Both the position numbers and the translations under genes were made by a program. The notes under the pieces are model-generated. The model saw only the letters and a program-made list of their open reading frames with translations. It did no database searches and was not told where the DNA came from. A DNA stretch of 64,000 nt from Squalus acanthias (taxonomy: Eukaryota), in NCBI GenBank assembly GCA_030390025.1, contig JASTWF010000048.1, forward strand, positions 1,488,001-1,552,000, written 5' to 3'. Shown here piece by piece: positions 49,003 through 58,794 of the stretch; the first letter of the stretch is position 1; every line of letters begins with the position of its first letter.

Positions 49003-50214
49003 TGATAGCATATGAAACTTAAGGATCACATGACAGTAATCCGAAATTGATAGGTTCAGGACAAGTAATCTGACCGCTTCGCATCTGTCTTTAAGGTGTA
49101 TAAATCTGTATTGTTTTCATCAATACTTTGGTATTCTGTGCTGAGAACTCCCCTGGGTTGGTTAGGAGTTCGAAGTCCCCGATGGATAGCCTACTTGTAA
49201 GTGTATAGACGTCTAACCTTACTTCTACTTTCTGTCGCTATTAAGAAAAGCAACAAGTTGTTTTATTACTGGCATGGGAACCGATATAATTACGATTAAT
49301 CTGATTTTTTGATTTAACAGCGAAGCCCCTTTCCTCCAGGAAAGATGGATGATCGGGAGAAGCACTGCTGAATTTCCAGGATATTCCCCTCACTTTTCTG
49401 CAGTGGTGATACTTAAGACTAATATATCAGTTGGTAGGAATGCACACGGTGTCATTTGCATTGAAATAGGCAGATAGAAAATGGAAGAATCAGCAGTAAA
49501 TTATAAGTTTGTTGATTCTAATTCCGAGAGAAATGCGTTCCAATCCAGATGGACTCATGGGCGAATTCTCCTCTGTGTGTTGGTTGTAAGCTTCAGTGTG
49601 GATCGCTCTCAATCAATCAGAGAAAAATTCTCGAGCAATACATATTGAGTAGAAAGACTTGCCCAGTAATTTTGTTGGTTATTGTTCTTTCCTATCGACG
49701 CTTGCGCAGATAACTTTACAACAAAAACAATTTGCATTGATATAGCGCCTTTAATGTAGAAAAACAACTTAACAGAACGAACTACAAAGTTATCACACAA
49801 AATTTGACAGCGAAACACATAAGGATAGATTAGAACAGATGACGTAAATCTTGGTCGAATAGGTAGGATTTAAGGAGTATCTTAAAGTCGGAGAGAGAGG
49901 TAGAGAGGTTTAGGCATTCGATAATTTCATAGATTATGGCTTAGCCTGCTGAAGTCGCGGCCCCAATGGTGGTGAGATGGAAATCGGGGATGCAAAAGAG
50001 GTCCGACTAGGAGGAGTGCAAAGATCTCGGGGGGTTGTAGAGCTGGAGAAGGTTACACAGATAGGGAGGGGAGGGATTTGAACCCGAAGATGAGAATTTT
50101 ATAGTGGAAGCGTTGCTCAACTGGGAGCCAAAATATATCGTCGAGCACCGAGGAGTTGGGGAGAATGGGACTTTATTCGATGGAGAATCTTCGCATAGAT
50201 CCCCTGAATTCTTA

Positions 50215-50792
50215 TAAAACTTTTTAAAATTCGTTCATGGGATGCGGGCATCGCTGGCAAGGCCAGCATTTATTCTCCCTCCCTAATTGCCCTAGAGAAG
50301 GTGGTGGTGAGCCCCCTTCTTGAAACGCTGCAGTCCGTTTGGTGAAGGTGCTCCAACAGCGCTGTTAGGGAGGGAGTTCCAGGATTTTGACCCAGCGACG
50401 ATGAAGGATCGGCGATATACTTCCAAGTCAGGATGGTGTGTGACTTGGAGGGGAACTTGGAGTTGGTGATGTTCATATGCGCCTGCTGCCCTTCTCCTTC
50501 TAGGTGGTAGAGGTCACGGGTTTGGGAGGTGCTGCCGAAGAAGCCTCGGCGAGTTGCTGCAGTGCATCTTGTAGATGGTACACACTGCAGCCACGGTACG
50601 CCGGTGTTTAAGGTGGTGGATGGGGTGCCAATCAAGCGGGCTGCGTTGTCCTGGATGGTGTCGAGCTTTTGCAGTGTTGTTGGAGCTGCACTCATCCAGG
50701 CAAGTGGAGAATATTCCATCACCCTCCTCACTTGTGCCTTGTAGATGTTGGCTTGGCTTTGCGGAGTCAGGAGGTGAGACAGTCGCCGCAGA
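50215..50792 (-). mobile_element. Non-LTR retrotransposon 3' fragment (CR1/L2-group) abutting the V12 heptamer
   Basis: LRRLSHLLTPQSQANIYKAQVRRVMEYSPLAW..LDTIQDNAARLIG; the 3' tail aatgctggccttgccagcgatgcccgcatcccatgaa recurs elsewhere in the window. Confidence 0.82.
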
Positions 50793-50800
50793 ACACTGTG

Positions 50801-51100
50801 TGCATCCTCGCTGGCCCCACAGTAATATATTCCGCTCTTCTTGACCAGGGTGTTTTTCAGGGACAGCGTGAAAGTGTTATTTGTCGGGTCGTAATAGACT
50901 TCAGAACCTTTTTCTGTAGTTAGATGCAGGAAGTACAACCGATCTTATCCAATCCAGGCGGTCACCGATCTGCACGTACCAGGACAACCAATAGTTACTC
51001 ATGTTGCCCTGAACGATGCCGCAGTAGAACATGGCTTCCTCCCGTGGAACCGGGTTAGTGGCCTACGGGCTCTGGACGAAGAGTCGTTGGGAACGAACAT
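50801..51100 (-). pseudogene. TRBV: VH-like V pseudogene V12
   Basis: DVRSQRLFVQSP*ATNPVPREEAMFYCGIVQGNMSNYWLSWYVQIGDRLDWIRS..RKRF, frameshift, EVYYDPTNNTFTLSLKNTLVKKSGIYYCGASEDA. Heptamer CACAGTG at 50794-50800; the nonamer position is occupied by LINE sequence. Confidence 0.85.
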
Positions 51101-52063
51101 CTGAAAGATTATTTAAAAAACAATAAGTCAGATCGACCGTGAGAGGAAATTAGTGGGTGGTAGGGAGTATGAAATGGACTGAGGCAGGAGCAGAAGAGAG
51201 AGAAAAGGAAATAAACAAATTACTTTCCACAAATTGCGGTCCTAACTTCTCGCTTATATTTACTCTACAGGTTAAGTCTAATTATACGTCGGGTTTATTG
51301 AAGTGATAAAATTATAATGGCTTCAAACTAAAAAGTGAAAACGACAAATACAAGCTAGCTGAATCTGTACCTGAAAGATCTTAGAAGGAAACACATTAAT
51401 GTAAGGTTCTAGAGAACGTAATAAAAACGTTGCTAACGTGTGGAGAACGAGGTTCAGAACGAATTGTGAAATGAGGTAGAGAAAGGGAGAGAATGTGAGA
51501 GAGTGGGTGAGAGAGGCAGACAGCGAGGCAGGGAAAGACAGACAGAGAGAGACAGAAAGACAGAGACAGCGAGAAACATAGATAGATACACAGAGAGAAT
51601 GAGAGAGAGAGAGACGAGACACACAGAAATTGAGGTAGAAAAAATGAGAGCGACAGAGAGACAATGAGTGACTGAGAGAGACAGACTGAGTAAGACAGCT
51701 AGAGATTCAAGTTAGAGAGAAAGAGAGAAATACAGACAGAGAGACAAGACAGAGATAAAGAGAGCGAGAGCGAGAGACAGATGGATGAGGAGAGAGACAG
51801 AGGCAAGAGAGAGTGAAAAGAAAGCAATTTTACAAACAAAATGAAAGCTAATTTTTTTTTAAAATATCGATCAATTCTCAGCTACAATGGAAATATTGGA
51901 CGTTAGACCAGAAGCGTTTTCTCCAGCTAAACATGTCCAGATTCACACAATGTTTACATGAAGTTAGCTTCTAGTGGATCAAATGGGAAACATCCCGATC
52001 TGCGCGGAATGAAAGAACGGTCGGGATGGACACTTCCGGCAGTTCGCGGGTGTCGCAGGGCCA

Positions 52064-52082
52064 CAGCGCCACCAACTGGCGG
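52064..52082 (-). promoter_or_regulatory. CTCF-like site about 35 bp beyond the V13 RSS
   Basis: CCGCCAGTTGGTGGCGCTG. Confidence 0.55.
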
Positions 52083-52118
52083 TTGAAACCATCGCATTCC
52101 TCTGGATCTGGTTCAGGG

Positions 52119-52157
52119 AGTTTTTGTCACAGAGAGGCTGTGTTTTCACACGCCTTG
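52119..52157 (-). other. 23-RSS of V13 with non-canonical heptamer
   Basis: CAAGGCG, 23 nt, ACAAAAACT; the CAC trinucleotide is broken. Confidence 0.8.
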
Positions 52158-52451
52158 CATTACTGCACGCGCAGAAGTAGACGGCGGTGTCCGACTGAGA
52201 GGCTCCGGTGGGTTCCAGAGTAAACTCAGTGTCGCTGGGTCTCTGGGCTTTAAACGGTCCGGAGGTGTAATTTGAAACGTGGCCGGTTCCAGCTGAATGG
52301 AATAGAGCAACGAGTTCCCGGCTTGTCCCTTGTCGGTACCAGTACATGTCACGATAATTAGTGTTCCTCAGGATACATCTCATTACGACCGATTTTCCTG
52401 AGCCAACCGACACAGTTCGCGGCGACTGGTCAACGAACGAAGCAGTCACTT
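52158..52451 (-). CDS. TRBV: TCR beta V segment V13 (open ORF, defective heptamer)
   Basis: EVTASFVDQSPRTVSVGSGKSVVMRCILRNTNYRDMYWYRQGTSRELVALFHSAGTG..PFKAQRPSDTEFTLEPTGASQSDTAVYFCACSN. Confidence 0.88.
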
Positions 52452-52862
52452 CTGTCAAATGGAGGATAGAGTCAAATTTGTTTTGATAGAATGATACAGT
52501 ACAGAAGAAGGTCATTCTGTCTATATTGCCTGTACCGGCTCTTTCAAAGAGCTATCCATTAGTCCCACGTCCACCAAGCTCTTTTCTCATAGTACAGCAA
52601 TGTTTACCACCTTAAGTATGTACCCAATTCCCGTTTGAAACTTACTATTGAATCTTCTTCCACCACACTTTCAGGCTGTGCATTCCAGAAAACAACTCGC
52701 TTTGTAAAATAAATTCTCCTCATCTCGCTTCTGGTTCTTTAGCCAGTCACCTTCAATCTGTGTTCTCTGGTTACCGACACTCCTGCCAGTGGAAACATTT
52801 TCTCCTTATTCACTCCATCGAAACCCCTCATAATTTTGAACACCTCTATTAAATCTCCCCTT

Positions 52863-54612
52863 TGTAAGGGATTCCTGACCCTGCGTGTCTCGTAGCCTGT
52901 GAGATTCACGCGGCTCTGTGCAGCCTGTATGTCAGTGCGGGTCTAGGCCTGGTTGCCTGTTCTGGTCTCCAGCCAGTCTGGGAACACTAGACACACCTGT
53001 GAGTGGTTCGAATCACTCTCCCTTACGGTTCCAGACACTGGACTTAGATGCGAGAGCAGTAATGGAGATAAAACTCATGTAGACTTGGTTTGAATGGTAC
53101 GAAATGGAAAATCTTTATTGCATGATACTTAAAATTATGAAATACATGTCATAAGCACAGATTAATGACAGTACAATCTTACAAACGGTTATATAGTCGA
53201 TCTTAGGGAAACGAGGAACGAACGGCACAACGTAAATAGGGGCACACATTACAAATATCCTTAATCTTTAAACCCTCCCCTATCAATATCTATCCTAAAC
53301 TAGCTTCGTAGGATCTCGAGACTCATGCTCACCACTCGTGATAACTCGGAGAAATTCCGAATAGCTGATCGGATGTTTTTCACCGCAGCACCCACGTGTC
53401 GGTCAGGAGATCTCCTGGTCCCACTTGTTTACTTGCTTCTGCTGCTCCGGCTAGTAGGCTGGACCGTCCGCTGTGGTGAAGACCTGTGTTGGTTGGTTTA
53501 ACAGGTACTCTTGGAGCACCGTTGTCAATATCATTGATACGATGTGTTTTTACGTTCCAACCTCCTTAGACACAGTCCCGTTATCGTCGATGCAATATGT
53601 TTTGTTAGAAGTTTTAAAGAAGAAAACTTCCTGGCGACAAAACTTGGCTGATCGACCTACAGGCGCGGTCGGGATTTACTGACCGTGGCGATGGATATGG
53701 TCTTCTTCTCTTCTCCTCTCATCTCATCTCATCTCATCTCATCTCGGGCCTTTGGTTCCGCTGCCAGTTACCAACATAGGTCTTCGTTACGCGACACGAG
53801 GTAGATCCGAACGGATCAGAAAGTTCAACAGTCTTTTCAGAAGAGGCAACAGGCACGCAGAAGCCCAACTACGAGTACACAGGAGCAGCCACGAGGTTAC
53901 GAATCGACCGGATAAAAGCACAGGAGCAAGCGAGCGAATGCAGGAGCAAGAGCAAGAGCACGAGGCAAGAGGCAAGAGACAAGAATGGACGGTTTGGAGC
54001 CTGCAATTATAGTGCAAAAATCTTCCGTTTCCCGCCCAACTATAATGTCCATTCTTTTGTTTAGGGTTTGGCGCCCAAATGTCTTGTATGGGTGATCTCC
54101 GTCCTTAATGGGTTTCGGGGCTACTCATGAATGTTTGAGTACCTGTTAATATTTCTCCCATTGTTAAATCGGTCGGTGTTCTCCCTGGAGGGGTTTGGGG
54201 CTTCCAAGTGTCCTGTATAACTACCTGCTAACGGCTCTCTCATCGTAGAGTCGTTGGGAGTTTACATATTAATGTCCTTTGGATGGGCCCTTAAGTACTC
54301 GGTACAATGGCTTTCCTTTGTACCTGGGAGACCGATTCCAGTATCTATGTTTATACTGCAAACCCATAATGTCTCGTGTATTATCTTCACTGTGCTGAAT
54401 CGTTATCGATCTTGAAAAAACGTTTAATGGAACGCCATCTTGTCTGCCTGTTGAAAAGTCTAGAATGTTCTGTCACGAGGTGCGGCGGCCATTTTACAGG
54501 CTGCTTGTGTCCAATTTAAACCTGTCAGCATTCTGCTGAAATAAAAGCTGTTTGAACGAAACTTTGTGTTTTCTCCTTATTAATCAAATCGCGATAAATT
54601 GCGAATTCTACA
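52863..54612. mobile_element. Solo-LTR-like element, 1750 bp
   Basis: Starts TGTAA, ends CTACA, flanked by a 4-bp direct repeat CCTT (52859-62 and 54613-16). It splits a CR1 fragment in the V13 intron and has no long ORF. Confidence 0.78.
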
Positions 54613-54946
54613 CCTTAATCTTCTCTTCTCCATGGAGAAAAACTCCAGCTTCTCCAGTCTCTCCGTGTAACTGAAATCCCTCATTCCTGGTACCATTCTA
54701 GTAAATCACCATTCATTGTCTCCAAGGCCTTGACATCCTTGGCCTTTGTGATGCCCAGAACTGAACACACTAGTTAATCTGATGCATAACCAGTGTTTTA
54801 TAAAAGTTTCGCCTAAATTCATTGCTTCTGCACTCTATAAAAGTAGGAATCTATGTTTTCGTGGATTAACCCAGCCTAATCATAGAAACTATTGTTAAAT
54901 ATGCATTGTGTTCCGACGTTCAAATTGGCGCATTGTTTAAACTTAC

Positions 54947-54995
54947 CTGAAGTTAAAGCTATCGACAAGATTAAATATGACACTTCACGAAGCAT
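54947..54995 (-). CDS. Leader exon of V13 (MLREVSYLILSIALTS)
   Basis: 49 bp, G|GTAAGT donor; paralogous to the V14 leader. The intron is enlarged by an LTR-like insertion. Confidence 0.85.
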
Positions 54996-55079
54996 GTTTA
55001 GTTCCTGTACAAGGACAGAATGGTCCTTTCTCCGCAGGAGTGTCGGATTATATTTGAAGTGTCATATACTGAAGTCACG

Positions 55080-56635
55080 TGTCAGCCGTGGCTCAGGTCG
55101 TGCACTCGACACTGAACCAGAAAGCTGGGGGTTCGAGCCCCACACAAGAGACACAAACACATAACTCAGGACGGCACTGCACGCACCCGATTGAGCGAGC
55201 GCTGCTCTGCCAGAGGGGCAGTACAGAGGAAGCGCTGCACCGTAAGAGGGGCAGTACTGAGGGAGCTCTGCACTGTCGGAGGGACAGTACTGAGGGAGCG
55301 CTGCACTGTCGGAGGGGCAGTACAGAGGAAGCGCTGCACCGTAAGAGGGGCAGTACTGAGGGAGCTCTGCACTGTCAGAGAGGCAGTACTGAGGAAACGC
55401 TGCACTGTCAGAGGGGCAATACTGAGGGAGCGCTGCACTCTCAGACGGGCTGTACTGAGTGAGCGCTGCACTGTCGCAGGGGAAGTACTGGGGGAGCGCT
55501 CCACTCTCGGAGGGGCAGTACTGAGATAGCGTTGCACTGTCGGTAGTGCAGTACTGAGGGAGCGCTGCACTGTCGGAGTTGCAGTACTTAGGATGGGCTG
55601 CACTGTCAGAGGGGCAGTACTGCGGGAGCGCTGCGCTGTCAGAGGAGCACTACTGAGTGAGCGTTTCACTATCGGAGGAGCAGTACTGAGGGGGCGCTGC
55701 ACTGTCGCGGGGAAGTACTGAGGGAGTTTTGCACTGTCAGAGGGGCAGTACTGAGGGATCGTTGCATTGTCGGAGGGGCAGTACTGCGGGAGCGTTGCAA
55801 TCTCGGAGGTGCAGTACTGAGGGAGCGCTGCACTCTCGGAGAGGCAGTACTTAGGGAGGGCAGCACTGTTGTAGGGGCAGTAATGAGGTAGCGCTGCGCT
55901 CTCGGAGGCGCAGTACTGAGGGAGCGTTGCACTGTCCGAGGGGCAGTACTGAGGGATAGCTGCACTGTCGTAGTTGCAATACTGAGTGAGCGTTTCACTG
56001 TCGGCGGGGCAGTACTGAGGGAGCGTTGCACTGTCGGACGGGCAGTACTCAGGGAGCGCTGCACTGTTGGACGGGCAGTACTGAGGTTGCGCTGAAGTGT
56101 CGGAGGGGCAGGTCTGTGCGAGCGCTGCTCTGTCAGAGGGGCAGTACTGAGGGACAGCTGCACTGACTGTCGGAGGGGCAGTACTGAGGGAGCGCTGCAC
56201 TGTCAGAAGGGCAGCACTGAGCGAGCGCTGCACTCTCGGAGGGGCAGTCCTGAGTGAGCTTTGCACGATCAGAGGCGCAGTATTGAGTGTGCGTGCACTG
56301 TCAGATGGGTAGTACTGAGTGAGCGCTGGATTGTCGGAGGTGCCTTCTTTCGAAAGAGACGTAAAACAAGGCCCCGTCTGCCCACGGACACTATTGGAAG
56401 ATGTGCAGGGGCATTCATCCCGATTTCTTGTGCCAATATATATCCTCAACCAACATCACTAAAAAGATTGACTTATCATGTATCTAATTGCTGTTTGTGG
56501 GAGCTTGCTGTGCACAAATTGGCTGCAACGTGTCCTACGTTACAACAGACTATACTTCAAATGTCCTTCATTCGCTGTAAAGTGCTTTGTGACGTAATGT
56601 AGTCTTGAAAATACAATAGAAATGCAAGTCTTTCT
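55080..56635 (+). mobile_element. Deu-type SINE with about 35 tandem 33-mers
   Basis: tRNA-like head (gtggctcag..GGTTCGAGCCCC), 33-mer array at 55200-56345, Deu core and aaatgcaagtctttcttt tail. Confidence 0.8.
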
Positions 56636-57682
56636 TTCATTCTTCTTTTATGTTCACCCGAGAGGGCAGACGGTTTAAAGACGGCTCCTCTGACCGTGCA
56701 GCACTCCTTCAGTACTGCCCTTCCGACAGTGCGACACTGCCTTAGTACAGGCACTGAAGTGTCATCCTGGATGATTGGCACACGCCGACGGCGTTTAACT
56801 TCAAGCCCCGGCCTTCTAACTCAGAGAGGAAAGTGCTACCCACTGAGCCAACGCTGATACTGTGCAACGTAAGCTGAGTCTTGCAATGTGTTGAAATCTG
56901 TTCTGCCTCAATTCCTTCATCCAATGGCGCCGATTAAAAAGGCCGCGAGCGTCGATACAGAAGGGCCGACAGTATAACAACTTTGTCAAGGTGCGCATGA
57001 CACAAGTGCTGCCAACCTGTGGCGGAAATAAGCACTGACCATCTATCTCGAGCTGGCAGCTGGTGGCGAAACGTCAGCACTGAAGATCCATATCGAGCTG
57101 TCAATTTGCAATATAAACTAAACGGAGCCAAGTTAATATAAAATCCTCAGAGAGTGCGCAGAAGAGATTCACTCGACTGCCACCAGGAATGCAGAAGTTA
57201 AGATAGGTGGAGAGAGTGCATAAGTTGAATTTGTTCTCCTTAGACCAGAGAACCATACGCGAAAATTTGACACAGGTGTTCAAAATCATATAAGCTTTGA
57301 TTAGATTAAATAAGGAGAAACTGTTTGCAGTGGCAGAAGGGACGGTAAACAAAGGGCACAGATTTTAAGTAATTGGCAAACGAATCAGAGGGGAAGATGA
57401 GGAGATGTTTTATTTATGCAGCGATTTGATATAATCGTGAATACTTTGTCTGAAAGAGTGGTGAAAGCAGATTCAAAAATAACTTTAAAAAGTGTATTGA
57501 ATATATACGTGACGAGGAAGATTTTGCAATTTAGCGAAAGAGCAGGGGGAAGTGGGACTAATTGGATAGCTCTTTCAAAGAGCCATTATAGGCACGATGG
57601 TCCGAATGGCCTCCTTCCGTACTGGATCATTCTATGATGCTATGATCTGGTATGCAGAAAATTTGCACTGAACTTTCATCTA

Positions 57683-57702
57683 CTGCTGCCACCAGGTGGC
57701 GG
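57683..57702 (-). promoter_or_regulatory. CTCF-like site about 35 bp beyond the V14 RSS
   Basis: CCGCCACCTGGTGGCAGCAG, preceded by TTCAGTGC (upstream-motif-like). Confidence 0.6.
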
Positions 57703-57736
57703 AAAATGAGCACTGAAATCCCATTCATCCGGTGCA

Positions 57737-57775
57737 GGTTTTTGTAGCTGGGGAGCCGCTTTCTCAAACGCTGTG
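57737..57775 (-). other. 23-RSS of V14
   Basis: CACAGCG, 23 nt, ACAAAAACC. Confidence 0.93.
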
Positions 57776-58069
57776 CGATACTACAAGCACAATAATAGAC
57801 AGCGGTGTGAGACGGAGAGGCGGTGCTCAGTTCCAAAGTAAACAGCGTATCGCTGCTTCTTTCGGCCATAAAAGACTCGGACGTGTGTTTCCTAGCATCA
57901 CCTTCGCCAGCAGAAGAGAAAAGAGCTTCTAATGCCCGGTCGGGTTGTTGTCTGTACCAATACATTTGGGGATAAGCAGTATTCGTCAGCGTGCATCTGA
58001 GCGTCGTCGACTCTCCGGCTCCAATCGATATGCTAAAAGGAGACTGCTCCACGTACACGGCGAGAATTC
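57776..58069 (-). CDS. TRBV: TCR beta V segment V14, V exon, apparently functional
   Basis: ILAVYVEQSPFSISIGAGESTTLRCTLTNTAYPQMYWYRQQPDRALEALFSSAGEG..FMAERSSDTLFTLELSTASPSHTAVYYCACSI. Confidence 0.92.
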
Positions 58070-58612
58070 CTGTCGAAAGAAACATCGATTAGGTTGTTAT
58101 TTCCATCAATAATTGAATAGAGAAGGGACTACATATAAATAAATAATTTGCATTTGTACAGTGTAAATTTCGCGATCCCAGAAACTACCAAAGCGCTTTG
58201 CAACCAAGAAAGAACGTTTTGAAGTGTGGTCATTCATGTCATGTAGTAATCGCTGCAGCCAATTTTCACACAGCAAGATCCCACAATTAGTAATATGAAA
58301 CTGGATATTTTTAGGTGCTGGTTGCGGGATAAATACTGGATAACATACGTCCATCTGAGCAGCTTTAATAAACATCCGAAAGCTGCCATCTCTGACGGTG
58401 CAGCACACCCTCAGTACTGCCCCTCCGACAGTGCAGCACTCCCTTATTACTGGCACTGGGAGCGCCAGTCTTGCTTTTTTGCTCAAGTTTCTGCAATAAG
58501 TGAGAGTGAGACGCGAACCGCGACCTTCTGACTCGGTGACAAGACAGCAATCAACTGAATCTCGGCTGATATTATAATATATTATTCTATCAAGTAAGGT
58601 ACATTGACTTAC

Positions 58613-58661
58613 GTGGGATTAATGCAGCCATCAAGATTAGATAATGAGCTTCATGAAACAT
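58613..58661 (-). CDS. Leader exon of V14 (MFHEAHYLILMAALIP)
   Basis: 49 bp, C|GTAAGT donor. Confidence 0.87.
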
Positions 58662-58780
58662 GATTTATTCATTCGATGCTGGCTCGCTGTGTGAACCAGT
58701 GCAGCTTAATACCACCTCTGAAGGCCGTTTCTCTGTTGTATCTGTTTAAATAAGGAGCATCCGGTTATCATTGTTATATG

Positions 58781-58794
58781 CACGTCATTTCCTG
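58781..58794 (-). promoter_or_regulatory. ETS+CRE motif upstream of V14
   Basis: CAGGAAATGACGTG on the minus strand, about 120 bp upstream of the ATG. Confidence 0.65.

Noticed and set aside
55166-56449. 427-aa ORF and similar QYCPSDSAALP or TVQRSLSTAPP repeat proteins
   Set aside because: Translation of the 33-bp SINE repeat, open in several frames on both strands.
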